Positions 9,897 through 20,105 of a stretch of DNA of 64,000 nucleotides are shown here, piece after piece. This stretch comes from an uncultured Candidatus Saccharibacteria bacterium (GTDB lineage: Bacteria; Patescibacteriota; Saccharimonadia; CAILAD01; BJGX01). The stretch covers positions 10,645 to 74,644 of the forward strand of contig CAYRNO010000001.1 in the NCBI GenBank assembly GCA_964425715.1, read 5' to 3'. The notes beneath the pieces are model-generated. The model saw only the letters and a program-made list of their open reading frames with translations, was not told the DNA's origin and searched no databases. Numbering within the stretch: the stretch's first letter is position 1; each line of letters opens with the position of its first letter. The position numbers and the translations under genes were made by a program.

Positions 9897-10601
9897 ATGG
9901 ATAAAATAGTTATAACAGCTCGCACACGCGATATATTTGGAAAGAAATTAGCGTCGTCTCGTAAATCTGGTGATTTGCCGGCTATTGTGTATGGACAAGA
10001 AAAAGAGAATGAGCCAGTATTTCTAAACGCACATGAATTTACTCGAATATTCTCACAAGCTGGTCAAAATACTATAGTTGAACTCAAGATAGATCAAGAC
10101 AAATCATCCAATGTACTTATTCAAGATGTTTCAAGGCATCCAGTTACTAGCGATATCTCTCACGCTGATTTACTAAGAATAAATATGAGTCAATCAATCA
10201 AAACAAATGTCCCTCTAAGCTTTGTGGGCGAGGCACCTGCGGTTTATCAATCAGAAGGCACTCTACTTACCAATATTGAAGAAGTAGAGGTGGAGACTCT
10301 ACCTGCTAAGCTACCTTCAAGTATAGAAGTGGATATAAGTGATCTTGATGATTTCGAAAAGTCTATTCATATAAAGGATTTAGTTGTACCAGAAGGAGTT
10401 GAGATATTAGTGGATCCTGATGAGCTAATATGTAAAGTTGAGCCACCTAGATCTCAAGAAGAAATCGATGCGCTAGACGAAGAAGTTGTTGAGGAAATCC
10501 CTGCAGAAGAAGGAGAAGAGTCTACTGAAGAATCGGAAGTTGAAGAAAGTAAAGAAGGTGAGAGTAAGCAGTCTACAAATGATAACAAAGACTCAAACTA
10601 A
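9897..10601 (+). CDS. rplY: 50S ribosomal protein L25/Ctc
   Basis: PAIVYG, HPVT..ISHADL, LPSSIEVDISDL, acidic tail. Confidence 0.95.
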   Translation: MDKIVITARTRDIFGKKLASSRKSGDLPAIVYGQEKENEPVFLNAHEFTRIFSQAGQNTIVELKIDQDKSSNVLIQDVSRHPVTSDISHADLLRINMSQSIKTNVPLSFVGEAPAVYQSEGTLLTNIEEVEVETLPAKLPSSIEVDISDLDDFEKSIHIKDLVVPEGVEILVDPDELICKVEPPRSQEEIDALDEEVVEEIPAEEGEESTEESEVEESKEGESKQSTNDNKDSN

Positions 10602-10768
10602 TAAGCTCAACGAATATTAAAAATAGCTCAGGATAGGGCTTTTTTTAATATCAATAATCAAGGCTATTACTATACACAATATATTAGTATGATGTAAGAA
10701 TATTGCTTTACAAAAAGTAAAAAATTGATATTATTAGAAATTATAAATAGAATAATAATATAGTTCAG

Positions 10769-10798
10769 TAAATACATATTAGTACTAATATGTATTTA
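10769..10798. repeat. Perfect 30-bp palindrome TAAATACATATTAGT/ACTAATATGTATTTA
   Basis: Self-complementary with no spacer, inside an AT-rich intergenic region. Confidence 0.9.
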
Positions 10799-11376
10799 TG
10801 GCTCCTTGCAAATATATGAACTAACACAAAATAGCATTCTATAAATGTGGATTATAATCAACACATTCACGGTACTTAGCTGTTTTAAAAAACGAAAACT
10901 CCATTGGGGTAGATAATTACTATTTACAGATATGAGTAAACAGCTCAATTCTAGCTTTTAATTTATATTTTGTATTATTTAATACAAATGTATGTGTACT
11001 AAATTTATTTTAATATTATAAATATAATGATTCAAAAAAAGTATTAATATTTAAATCAACAGGAGTAATGCATTCATACTAAGCAAACATTACAACAATA
11101 GTAAAAATCTTGAAATACACCTCTCTATAAATATCAAAAAAAATATATTAAATACAATATATGAATCAATAAAAATAAAGAAAAATTAATAATAATACAG
11201 ATAAGGTAACTATATAAAAACAAAAAAGTAATTAAAAATAAAAGTTGTAAAAAAAACATAACTATTTTAGCGATATATATAAATCATGATAATATAATTT
11301 CATGCAAAGTTCGCATGATTGTAAACCAGTGCAGGTTAGACTATAATTTTAAAAGTCCTATTTGGATGTGATGTGA

Positions 11377-11453
<77 letters not shown>

Positions 11454-11498
11454 TTTTTATTACATTGTAAATACATTTATAGTTGATATAATACAAAC

Positions 11499-11648
11499 TA
11501 GTTGAATAAGACTATACATAAGCCCAACCAACTTATGTGTCTCGATCTAGCAAGCGTTATTGTTAGGACAAAGCGATCCACCAAGGATAAGCCCGGTGGA
11601 ACCTCCCGCGAGAGTGGGACCGGGCATGAGATGGTGGTTTTATTATTT
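11499..11648 (+). promoter_or_regulatory. Minimal T-box riboswitch (Thr) in the thrS leader
   Basis: Antiterminator GCCCGG-TGGAACC-TCCCGC GAGA GTGGGA-CCGGGC (11591-11625); F-box-like GCGTTA loop; short stem I with ACC in its loop. Confidence 0.8.
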
Positions 11649-11663
11649 AAAAAAGGAAATATT

Positions 11664-13475
11664 ATGGAATACGACAATATGCACAAAATACGACATAGCC
11701 TAGCACATATACTTGCTGCTGTAATGCAAAATAAGCACCCAGAAGCTAAGTTTGGGGTAGGACCTGTGGTTGGGGATGGTTTTTACTACGATATGCTCTT
11801 AAACGAGCCGCTAAAGCTTGAGGAGCTCAAGAGCATTGAAAGTGATATGCGAAAAATCATATCTAGTGGTATAGATTTCGTAAGAGAAGAATGGGCAATA
11901 GATGATGCAATAGAATACTTTAATAAGAAAGGCCAAGTATATAAGGTAGAATTACTAAAAGACCTCAAGCAAAAAGGTACTACTTCTCTTAAGGATGCTG
12001 GGGATAGTGACCTTGTAGATGGTAATGGCAATATAGAAACAGTTACTGTTTACAAAACTGGGGAATTTGTAGATCTATGCAAAGGCCGCCATGTATCAAA
12101 TACCACTGAGCTAGCCAAAATAGGCTTTAAATTGACCAAAATCGCAGGTGCATATTGGAGAGGAAATGAAGCAAATGACCAGTTGCAGCGTATATATGGT
12201 GTTGCTTTTACAACAGAATCAGAATTATCTAAATTCTTAAGTATGTTGGAAGAAGCAGAGAAACGAGACCATCGAAAGCTTGGCAAAGAACTTGATCTGT
12301 TTACATTCTCCGATCTGGTCGGGCCGGGTTTACCAATGTATACCCCTCGTGGAACTGTATTAATCGAAGAGCTTAAGGCTGTGCTCAAGGATTTAGGAGC
12401 AAAGTACGACATGCAGCAAGTTTCAATACCGCATCTTGCCAAAATAGATCTTTACAATACGTCAGGGCATGCTGAGAAATTCGAAGATGAATTATTCATG
12501 GTCCAGAGTCATTACAAGCAAGAATTCGTATTAAAACCCGTCAACTGTCCACATCATACCCAGATATATGCTTCAAGACCAAGAAGTTATCGTGACTTAC
12601 CAATCAGGTATGTAGAGCAGACTATGCAGTATCGAGATGAAAAGCCCGGGGAACTAGGTGGATTACAACGTACTAGAGGGTTTACAGTAGATGACGGACA
12701 TACATTCTGTACCTTAGAACAGATAGAGCAAGAAGTAGAAATGATAATAGAAATCATATCAGGTTTTTATCAATCTCTAGGTCTTTGGGGAAATCATTGG
12801 GTTTCTCTGTCAGTGCGGGACTCAAAAACCCCAGACAAGTATATCGGAGATGATAAAGACTGGGGGCAATCTGAATTTATTTTGGATAAAGTAGCTAAGA
12901 GCAAGGGATTGAATGCAAAACGAATGGACGGCGAAGCTGCATTATATGGTCCAAAGCTAGACTTTATGTTCAAAGATGCTCTAGGCAGAGAGACACAGCT
13001 GGCTACAGTTCAGCTTGATTTTGCTACCCCAAAAAGGTTCGGACTTGTTTATACCGACCAAGAAGGTAATGAGATTAATCCAATAATGATCCATCGCGCT
13101 ATATTTGGTTCATTCGAAAGATTTATCATGATACTTATTGAGCATTTTGCAGGAGCTTTTCCTCTCTGGCTAGCACCTGAGCAGGTAAGGATATTGCCAG
13201 TTTCTGAGAAGTTTGTGGATTATGCCCAAGAAGTTGGGTTAAAACTAAAAGATTCCAATATAAGAGCAGTAACTGATGATAGTTCAGAGTCATTAGGTAA
13301 AAGAATTCGTAATGCTGAGATGATGAAGGTGCCATATATATTGGTAGTAGGTGAAAAGGAGACCTCATCCAAAACTGTGGCTGTAAGAAAATATCAAAAA
13401 GGTGACATAGGATCTAGTACAATAGATGACTTTTTAACAACATTAAAAGAAAAAATCAAAAATCGTTCTCTATAA
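11664..13475 (+). CDS. thrS: Threonine--tRNA ligase (start moved to ATG 11664, AAAGGA SD)
   Basis: RHSLAH, DLCKGRH, RDHRKLGKELDLF, KPVNCPHH, GEAALYGPKLD, HRAIFGSFERF. Confidence 0.98.
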   Translation: MEYDNMHKIRHSLAHILAAVMQNKHPEAKFGVGPVVGDGFYYDMLLNEPLKLEELKSIESDMRKIISSGIDFVREEWAIDDAIEYFNKKGQVYKVELLKDLKQKGTTSLKDAGDSDLVDGNGNIETVTVYKTGEFVDLCKGRHVSNTTELAKIGFKLTKIAGAYWRGNEANDQLQRIYGVAFTTESELSKFLSMLEEAEKRDHRKLGKELDLFTFSDLVGPGLPMYTPRGTVLIEELKAVLKDLGAKYDMQQVSIPHLAKIDLYNTSGHAEKFEDELFMVQSHYKQEFVLKPVNCPHHTQIYASRPRSYRDLPIRYVEQTMQYRDEKPGELGGLQRTRGFTVDDGHTFCTLEQIEQEVEMIIEIISGFYQSLGLWGNHWVSLSVRDSKTPDKYIGDDKDWGQSEFILDKVAKSKGLNAKRMDGEAALYGPKLDFMFKDALGRETQLATVQLDFATPKRFGLVYTDQEGNEINPIMIHRAIFGSFERFIMILIEHFAGAFPLWLAPEQVRILPVSEKFVDYAQEVGLKLKDSNIRAVTDDSSESLGKRIRNAEMMKVPYILVVGEKETSSKTVAVRKYQKGDIGSSTIDDFLTTLKEKIKNRSL

Positions 13476-14347
13476 TGAATAGTAATTCTAAGTTTATAAC
13501 TATACTCGGTCCTACAGCATCTGGTAAGACTGCTATGGCTATACAATTAGCTCAGAATTACAACGGTGAAATTATTTGTGCTGATTCAAGAACGATTTAT
13601 AAAGGAATGGATATAGGAACAGCAAAGCCTACTAAGGAAGAACAAAAAGTAGTTAAACATCATATGTTGGATATTTGCGAACCAAATAGAGTATTTAGCT
13701 CGGCAGAATTCAAAGTGATGGCGCAGAAAACAATTCTAGACATACAACAAAGAGATAAAACAGCATTTCTAGTTGGAGGAAGCGGTATGTACATTGACGC
13801 TGTATTGTTTGATTATAAGTTTAGGAATGATAAATCTAGCGTATCCATAGGTAGACTATCTCAGTATCCACTTGAAAAACTTCAATCCGCTGCTCAAAAA
13901 AAATTCCCAAAAGACTATGAGAAGATTGATAATAAAAACAGACGTAGATTGATACAGCTTATTACAAAAGGACCTAGTAAAGATGAAGATAGAAATAATG
14001 ACATATCCAGCAAATTGGTGCTAGGTATAGATCAGAATAGGCTTATACTGAAGCAAAATATAGAAGTAAGAACAAAATTAATATTGAAGCAAAATTTTAT
14101 ACAAGAAGTTAGAGAGCTAAGGGATAAATATGGCGAGACAGAAGTATTAAGACAAACAACAGGGTATAGTGAAGTATTAGATTATTTGAATGGTAAAATT
14201 AAAAATAAGGACGATTTATTCGGTGCTATAGTTAATTCTACTTGGCAACTATCCAGAAAACAGATGAGCTGGTTTCGAAGAAATAAACACATCGTATGGA
14301 TTTATAACCTAGGCCAAGCCACCAACCTTATAGAGCAATATCTATAA
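13475..14347 (+). CDS. miaA: tRNA dimethylallyltransferase
   Basis: GPTASGKT, ADSRTIYKGMDIGTAKP, VGGSGMY, KQMSWFR. Confidence 0.95.
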   Translation: MNSNSKFITILGPTASGKTAMAIQLAQNYNGEIICADSRTIYKGMDIGTAKPTKEEQKVVKHHMLDICEPNRVFSSAEFKVMAQKTILDIQQRDKTAFLVGGSGMYIDAVLFDYKFRNDKSSVSIGRLSQYPLEKLQSAAQKKFPKDYEKIDNKNRRRLIQLITKGPSKDEDRNNDISSKLVLGIDQNRLILKQNIEVRTKLILKQNFIQEVRELRDKYGETEVLRQTTGYSEVLDYLNGKIKNKDDLFGAIVNSTWQLSRKQMSWFRRNKHIVWIYNLGQATNLIEQYL

Positions 14348-14381
14348 AGACACTTCTAATCACCTCTGATACAATAGACTT

Positions 14382-15770
14382 ATGAAGAAAAAGATTGCAA
14401 TATACTCTGCAAAGTTAGCAAAAGCTGCTTCAAAGCTTTCTGGTAAGGGAGGGACAGCACTCCCAGGTTTGTTAGCTGATAAAGTGGACCCAAACTTATT
14501 ACAAAAGCTGGTCAAGGGTAATTTCAATAAAGGCATAATAGTTGTTACTGGTACCAATGGCAAGACCACAGTTAGTATGATGGTGTCTGATATTTTGACC
14601 CATAACAATATTTCTCATATCAGGAATTCAGCTGGCTCAAATATGAAGAGAGGTATATTGTCTACATTACTTGATAATTGTGATAATAATGGAAAATGCA
14701 AGGAGGAAATGGCTGTATTAGAGGTAGATGAAGCCTATATCCCTGTTATTTGTCCTATTATTAAGCCTAAAATTGTTGTGGTAACAAATCTATTTCGAGA
14801 TCAACTCGATAGATATGGTGAACTAGATAGAATAGCAAATAGTTTTCGGGAAGTGTTTGGATCTTTGGATGCTAAAATCATACTCAATGCAGACGATCCT
14901 CTGGTAGCAAGTCTTTCGACAGGTAAAAATACTTCATTTTTTGGCATTTCTGACTACAAAGGTGACAAGATAGAAAATGATCATACATCTGACAGCATAT
15001 TTAATACAAATAATGGAGAAGAGTTGCTATATTCACAACGATATTTCGGTCATATAGGTATTTATAGGTCAAAGGATGGATTAATCACACGACCAAAACC
15101 TCAAGTTGAAGTATTGAAAATGCATGAATTGACAAAAGAATTTTCAAGGATAGAAGTAAAAACAACAACACAAACTAAAAATATAGAAATAAAATTACCT
15201 TTGCCAGGTATATATAATATATACAATGCTATAGCTGCAATATCTGTAGCTGATAGTATGAAGTTACCCAATAATAATACGGTAAAATCCCTTGTAAGTA
15301 CCTTGGCGGCCTTTGGTAGGTCTGAAAATATTACTTATAATAATAAGTCCTTTAAGTTACTGCTTATAAAGAATCCTACTGGTTTCAATCAGATAATTCA
15401 GACTTTTTTGAAGCCAACACCTCAGTCTACAGCAGTATTATTTGCAATAAATGACAAGATTGCAGATGGTAGAGATATATCTTGGTTGTGGGATGTTGCC
15501 ATAGAAGATATATCAAAGTATTCTGGCCATATAGTGTGTTCTGGAACTAGAGCATATGATATGGCATTGCGGCTTAAGTATGCAGGAATAAAAAACTATA
15601 CTATTGAGCCAAACATTACTAAAGCTGTTGAGAAGATTTGCGAAGCTAAAGATTCTAGTAATATTTATGTTTTACCGACCTATACAGCAATGCTAGAATT
15701 GCGCGAGAAACTCACTAGGCAAAAAGATCTCAATAAGATTAATAATAGAGATAAGGTAAAAAGCATATGA
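14382..15770 (+). CDS. murT: Lipid II isoglutaminyl synthase subunit MurT (Mur ligase + DUF1727)
   Basis: GTALPG, VTGTNGKTT, NLFRDQLDRYGE, KNPTG, ADGRDISWLWD, LPTYTAML. Confidence 0.93.
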   Translation: MKKKIAIYSAKLAKAASKLSGKGGTALPGLLADKVDPNLLQKLVKGNFNKGIIVVTGTNGKTTVSMMVSDILTHNNISHIRNSAGSNMKRGILSTLLDNCDNNGKCKEEMAVLEVDEAYIPVICPIIKPKIVVVTNLFRDQLDRYGELDRIANSFREVFGSLDAKIILNADDPLVASLSTGKNTSFFGISDYKGDKIENDHTSDSIFNTNNGEELLYSQRYFGHIGIYRSKDGLITRPKPQVEVLKMHELTKEFSRIEVKTTTQTKNIEIKLPLPGIYNIYNAIAAISVADSMKLPNNNTVKSLVSTLAAFGRSENITYNNKSFKLLLIKNPTGFNQIIQTFLKPTPQSTAVLFAINDKIADGRDISWLWDVAIEDISKYSGHIVCSGTRAYDMALRLKYAGIKNYTIEPNITKAVEKICEAKDSSNIYVLPTYTAMLELREKLTRQKDLNKINNRDKVKSI

Positions 15771-16483
15771 AACCCATAAAAATACTACATCTTTACCCTG
15801 ATAGAATGAGTATTTATGGTGATTATGGCAATATTATAGCTTTGACAAAGCGTATGGAATGGCGCAATATCAAGTGTCAATACCATGCATTATCTGTAGG
15901 TGATAAATTAAAAGAAGATTATGACATCATATTCATGGGGGGAGGACAAGATAAGGGTCAAAGTTATGTTGCACAAGACTTACTTTTACAATCAGGTAAG
16001 ATTCATGAGCATTTTAATCTCAATAAGCCTATTCTTACTATTTGCGGCGGATATCAATTATTTGGTAGGTATTTTATAACTTCTGATGGAAGTGAGTTGC
16101 CCGGTATAGGTATATTCAATATCGTTACCAAAGCCACAAGCAATCGTATGATAGGAAATGTTTTGATCAAGAGTGAGCGTTTTGGAGAACTTATAGGATT
16201 TGAAAATCACAGTGGGGAGACGGAGTTAGATGGCGTAGAAAAGCCTCTTGGTATAGTATTGAAGGGGTATGGTAATAACAAACACTCAAAAAATGAAGGA
16301 GTCATCTCAAAGAGTGCGATCGGAACGTATTTACACGGATCTTTCTTGCCAAAAAATCCAGTAGTTGCAGATTTTCTCATCCAACAAGCTATTGCTATTC
16401 AAGACCCTGAATACAAACTTAGCTCATTAGAAGACATTTTAGAATTAAAAGCCTTTAATTCCGCCAAAAAAAGACCTCAATAA
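15767..16483 (+). CDS. gatD: Lipid II isoglutaminyl synthase subunit GatD (CobQ-like glutamine amidotransferase)
   Basis: LYPDRMSIYGDYGN, GGGQD, ICGGYQL, GFENHSG, TYLHGSFLPKNP; follows murT. Confidence 0.93.
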   Translation: MKPIKILHLYPDRMSIYGDYGNIIALTKRMEWRNIKCQYHALSVGDKLKEDYDIIFMGGGQDKGQSYVAQDLLLQSGKIHEHFNLNKPILTICGGYQLFGRYFITSDGSELPGIGIFNIVTKATSNRMIGNVLIKSERFGELIGFENHSGETELDGVEKPLGIVLKGYGNNKHSKNEGVISKSAIGTYLHGSFLPKNPVVADFLIQQAIAIQDPEYKLSSLEDILELKAFNSAKKRPQ

Positions 16484-16594
16484 TTATTCAATTCAATAGT
16501 AGTTGTTATTTGTGTTCAATATAATGTATAATCAGCTTTAAGTAAGTAGATATATGGTTGAATAAATATATCAAATACGAGGAGAGGTAGAATA

Positions 16595-17269
16595 ATGTTT
16601 GAACAATTGTTTGGATCAAAGACACGTGTAAAGCTTCTGAGTTTGTTTTATAACAACCCTGAACGTCCTTTTTATGTGCGAGAGATTACGCGTAAAATTG
16701 ACGAGCAAATCAATTCTGTAAGACGGGAACTGCAAAATTTGCTAAACATCGGAATTGTTAGATCGGTCAATCAAGGTAATCGTTTGTATTATGAAATAAA
16801 TCAAAAATATAAGTTTCATAAAGAGCTTCAATCCATTTTTTCAAAAATTCCCTCTAAGTCAAAAGCTATCAAGCAAACTAAAGAAGATGATCAAATCCTA
16901 AGAAGAGTGCAAAAAGCAGGTAATTTACACATCTTATTTTTGACGGGTGCATTTGTAAGAGGTAGCAATCAACAGATTGATATATTCATTGTAGGCGATA
17001 TGAACAAAGCAAAGCTAGCACAAATAGTTGCTGAGATAGAGAAAGAAATGACTAGAGAATTGAACTACACTGCAATGCGTCTGGAGGATTTTGACTATAG
17101 ACGAAATCTCAATGATCGATTTCTAACAGATATATTAGATTCGAAGAAGGTAGTATTGCTAGACAGCTTAGGTATATTCAAGGCAAGTGACGATACAGTC
17201 TTGGTGGGTGAAGAAAGATCAAATGATACAGATGAAAATGGAGCTACTAAGGTGGCGGTAGAGGGCTGA
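16595..17269 (+). CDS. Winged-helix transcriptional regulator with degenerate nucleotidyltransferase-like C-domain
   Basis: LFGSKTRVKLL...YVREITR...INSVRRELQNL; LTGAFV...IDIFIVG. Confidence 0.75.
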   Translation: MFEQLFGSKTRVKLLSLFYNNPERPFYVREITRKIDEQINSVRRELQNLLNIGIVRSVNQGNRLYYEINQKYKFHKELQSIFSKIPSKSKAIKQTKEDDQILRRVQKAGNLHILFLTGAFVRGSNQQIDIFIVGDMNKAKLAQIVAEIEKEMTRELNYTAMRLEDFDYRRNLNDRFLTDILDSKKVVLLDSLGIFKASDDTVLVGEERSNDTDENGATKVAVEG

Positions 17270-17282
17270 TAAGGGTATATGA

Positions 17283-18338
17283 ATGAGTTCTCTACCGAGA
17301 AAACCCCAAGCATCCCATAGAACTAGCATAGTAATATCCCCACTTACTTTTATTTATCTACTTCTTACGCTGTTTCTTGTATGGATATCATTTCAAATTT
17401 CAGGAATTATCATTTCTCTTGTGGTAGCAGGAATCTTTGCAGTTGCGCTTAATCCAATTGTGTCTTCAATTGAGAAAAAATTACGCATTAGAAGAGGATT
17501 AGCAGTCGCTATAGTAGTAGTAAGTATAGTAGTGGTGTTTATAACAACAATAGCTCTTATTATACCTAGCCTAATAGAACAAGGCGGCACATTGTCTTCA
17601 AAGATTCCGGAGTATCAAGTGAGGATCCGGGAATATGCTAATGAAAAGACTTATACCAGATACATATACGATAAAACTTCCGAAGCAATTCAGGACAATA
17701 CTAGTCGTGTTTCTTCCAATGTAGCATCAATTTCTGTTGGAGTAGCAGGTAGTATATTTAATTTTTTAACATTTTTTGTTTTTTTAATATATATGCTGGC
17801 AAGTGGCAGGAAGTTTGCAGTTATTCTTTCTAATCTGTTGCCAAAAAAACAATGGCGTAAGCAATTTATCGAAATTTCAAATGATATCTCTAATAAATTG
17901 GGAAGGTGGCTGAGGGGTCAAGCCGTACTGTGTCTGATAATATTTGTTGTTAGCTATATAGGACTTACAATTCTTGGTGTAGACTATGCTTTGACTCTAG
18001 CATTGTTTGCAGGTCTAATGGAGGCTGTCCCAATGGTAGGGGCTTATTTGGGGGCAATACCAGCAGTTGTTGTAGCTTTATTGAGCGGCTCTCCTGTAAA
18101 AGCAGTTATTGTAGCAATATTTTTCTTAATAATGCAACAGCTTGAAGGATCTTTGGTGGTGCCTCAAGTGATGAAAAAAGCGGTAGGCGTACATCCTATG
18201 CTTGTTTTATTGGCAGCCATGATTGGAGGTACGCTTTTGGGTATCGTAGGCGTGCTGATTGCTGTACCTGTAACAGCTGCAGCATCTGTTATTATTGGTA
18301 GTTTATATCAAAAATATAGTGATTCTATTGAAAAATAA
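17283..18338 (+). CDS. AI-2E family (PerM) transporter
   Basis: Multi-TM; WLRGQ, PMVGAYLG, QQLEGSLVVPQVM, GVLIAVP. Confidence 0.9.
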   Translation: MSSLPRKPQASHRTSIVISPLTFIYLLLTLFLVWISFQISGIIISLVVAGIFAVALNPIVSSIEKKLRIRRGLAVAIVVVSIVVVFITTIALIIPSLIEQGGTLSSKIPEYQVRIREYANEKTYTRYIYDKTSEAIQDNTSRVSSNVASISVGVAGSIFNFLTFFVFLIYMLASGRKFAVILSNLLPKKQWRKQFIEISNDISNKLGRWLRGQAVLCLIIFVVSYIGLTILGVDYALTLALFAGLMEAVPMVGAYLGAIPAVVVALLSGSPVKAVIVAIFFLIMQQLEGSLVVPQVMKKAVGVHPMLVLLAAMIGGTLLGIVGVLIAVPVTAAASVIIGSLYQKYSDSIEK

Positions 18339-18365
18339 ACTTCAATTTACTGATATAATATAGCT

Positions 18366-18896
18366 ATGGAAATAACCAAGACAGATAATAACGCTTTTCT
18401 TATAAACTCAAAATTATTAACCTTGGCAATAAATTCGTATGCTGCAAAAGCAGAGGTGTTGCTTTTTTCAGGTAAGACCACTGATATAATCAAGAATGCC
18501 GAAGCTAAGGTATTTGATTCTGCGGGTGAGTATGAAGTCAAAAAATGTATGATTGATGCAGTACAAATAGACGAAGAGGTGGGGTTCACTGTTTTGATTG
18601 ATGGAGTTCAATTGGCTTACCTGGGTAATATAAATCAAGTGCTTACAGATAAACAAGTTGAGGTCTTTGCAGCAGTAGATGTATTGATTCTACCTATTGT
18701 TGGGGATAAGGCCGAAATTACTACTAAATTGATTAGCCAGATTGAGCCAAGCATAGTTATACCACACAGCTATACTGAAGATTTGATAGATGTATTTGGT
18801 AAAGAATTTGGATCTGATATAGAGAAGACTTCCAGGTTTAAAATAAGCAAAAAAGATCTGAGCGAGTCAGATAAACAAAAATTAGTTATCCTATAG
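18366..18896 (+). CDS. MBL-fold metallo-hydrolase-like protein, metal ligands degenerate
   Basis: SAGEYEVK, YLGNI, VDVLILPIVG, IEPSIVIPH; no HxHxDH. Confidence 0.65.
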   Translation: MEITKTDNNAFLINSKLLTLAINSYAAKAEVLLFSGKTTDIIKNAEAKVFDSAGEYEVKKCMIDAVQIDEEVGFTVLIDGVQLAYLGNINQVLTDKQVEVFAAVDVLILPIVGDKAEITTKLISQIEPSIVIPHSYTEDLIDVFGKEFGSDIEKTSRFKISKKDLSESDKQKLVIL

Positions 18897-18915
18897 TATT
18901 GCTTGACTATTTTTA

Positions 18916-19164
18916 TTATTTAGCTGATTCTAATGCACTTTTTGCTGGGTTATTAGCTTGCTCAATATTATCTATCTGATTCTGGTATTTCTTCAGAGTA
19001 CGAATAGTTGAAGCAGCTAGCTTGAGTCTGACTTTTTGGCCATCAATTACTAGTGTTTTAGTTTGCAAATTTGGCTTCCAGGCTTTCTTGGTAGCTCGAA
19101 GAGAATGGGAACGATTGTTTCCAAACTGCTTGCCTTTGTTGGTGATGTCGCATTTGTATGACAT
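18916..19164 (-). CDS. rpmB: 50S ribosomal protein L28
   Basis: CDITNKGKQFGNNRSHSLRATKKAWKPNLQ. Confidence 0.95.
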   Translation of the reverse strand: MSYKCDITNKGKQFGNNRSHSLRATKKAWKPNLQTKTLVIDGQKVRLKLAASTIRTLKKYQNQIDNIEQANNPAKSALESAK

Positions 19165-19291
19165 AAGTATAAATTTAACTTAGTTATCTTAGCATATCGG
19201 TTAGTTTACTGCAAGAGTGTGGAGCCATTTGGAGTATATTATTAATTATACTTTATTGAAAGGCTTATTTTTGGTAAAATCGACAGTACCT

Positions 19292-19921
19292 ATGGATTTA
19301 ATAACAATCGCTTTGTATTTAGTAATAGTAGTAATAGCACTTACTATTCATGAATTTTGTCATGCTTGGGCAGGTCATATGCTAGGCGATGTTACTGCCA
19401 AACAAGAGGGTAGGCTTACTCTCAATCCAATGTCGCACATAGACCCGTTTAGCACATTGTTGTTACCTGCAGCATTGATATTTTTGGGTTCACCTGTGGT
19501 GTTTGGAGCAGCCAAGCCAGTTCCGTTCAATCCTTATGCTGTTAGATATGGTAAATGGGGAGCAGCTTTGATTGCTATAGCTGGCCCCACTAGCAATCTG
19601 TTGATGGCAACAGTCGTGGGTTTGTATCTTAGGGTATTTGATGTATCAGGTGTTGCGGGTCAGTTTTTATTGCAATTTGTGCTTATCAATCTAGCTTTTT
19701 TCGTGTTTAACATGATACCTATCCCGCCACTTGATGGATCGAGGGTGCTGTATGCTGTCTTGCCAAGTAGTCTACAGGATATCATGGATCAGATTGAGAG
19801 ATACGGTATTATCGTAATATTTGCATTCTTGTTGATATTTTATCAGTTATTTTCTCCACTTATTATAAGTGCAGTCACTTGGCTTGCCACATTGATACTT
19901 GGGCAGTCTCCAGTTTTATAA
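19292..19921 (+). CDS. Site-2 protease (peptidase M50)
   Basis: HEFCH, GRLTLNP, AGPTSN, FNMIPIPPLDGS. Confidence 0.92.
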   Translation: MDLITIALYLVIVVIALTIHEFCHAWAGHMLGDVTAKQEGRLTLNPMSHIDPFSTLLLPAALIFLGSPVVFGAAKPVPFNPYAVRYGKWGAALIAIAGPTSNLLMATVVGLYLRVFDVSGVAGQFLLQFVLINLAFFVFNMIPIPPLDGSRVLYAVLPSSLQDIMDQIERYGIIVIFAFLLIFYQLFSPLIISAVTWLATLILGQSPVL

Positions 19922-19945
19922 GAATATATTATATACTTAGTAGAT

Positions 19946-20104
19946 AGTCTGCTGCGTTCGAATTTTATAGTCTAATAACTTTTTCTGATTAATCATAACC
20001 ATAGGGAACTCTAGATTACATCTAGCGAAAGTTAGATTGTTGCGGGTACCCACCTAGCTTTTAGCGGGAACGGTTATTAAGAGACTTTACGGCGTCAGCG
20101 GACT
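19946..20104 (+). ncRNA. ssrS: 6S RNA
   Basis: Terminal stem AGTCTGCTG/CAGCGGACT, inner stem AGTCT-AATAAC/GTTATT-AGACT, central bubble, GGGTACCCACCT...AGCGGG segment resembling Bacillus-type 6S; TATACT -10 at 19932-19937. Confidence 0.8.
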
Positions 20105-20105
20105 T

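Noticed and set aside
11502-11663. N-terminal extension of ThrRS in the ORF track
   Set aside because: The sequence is the T-box leader; ATG 11664 has an SD and matches the family start
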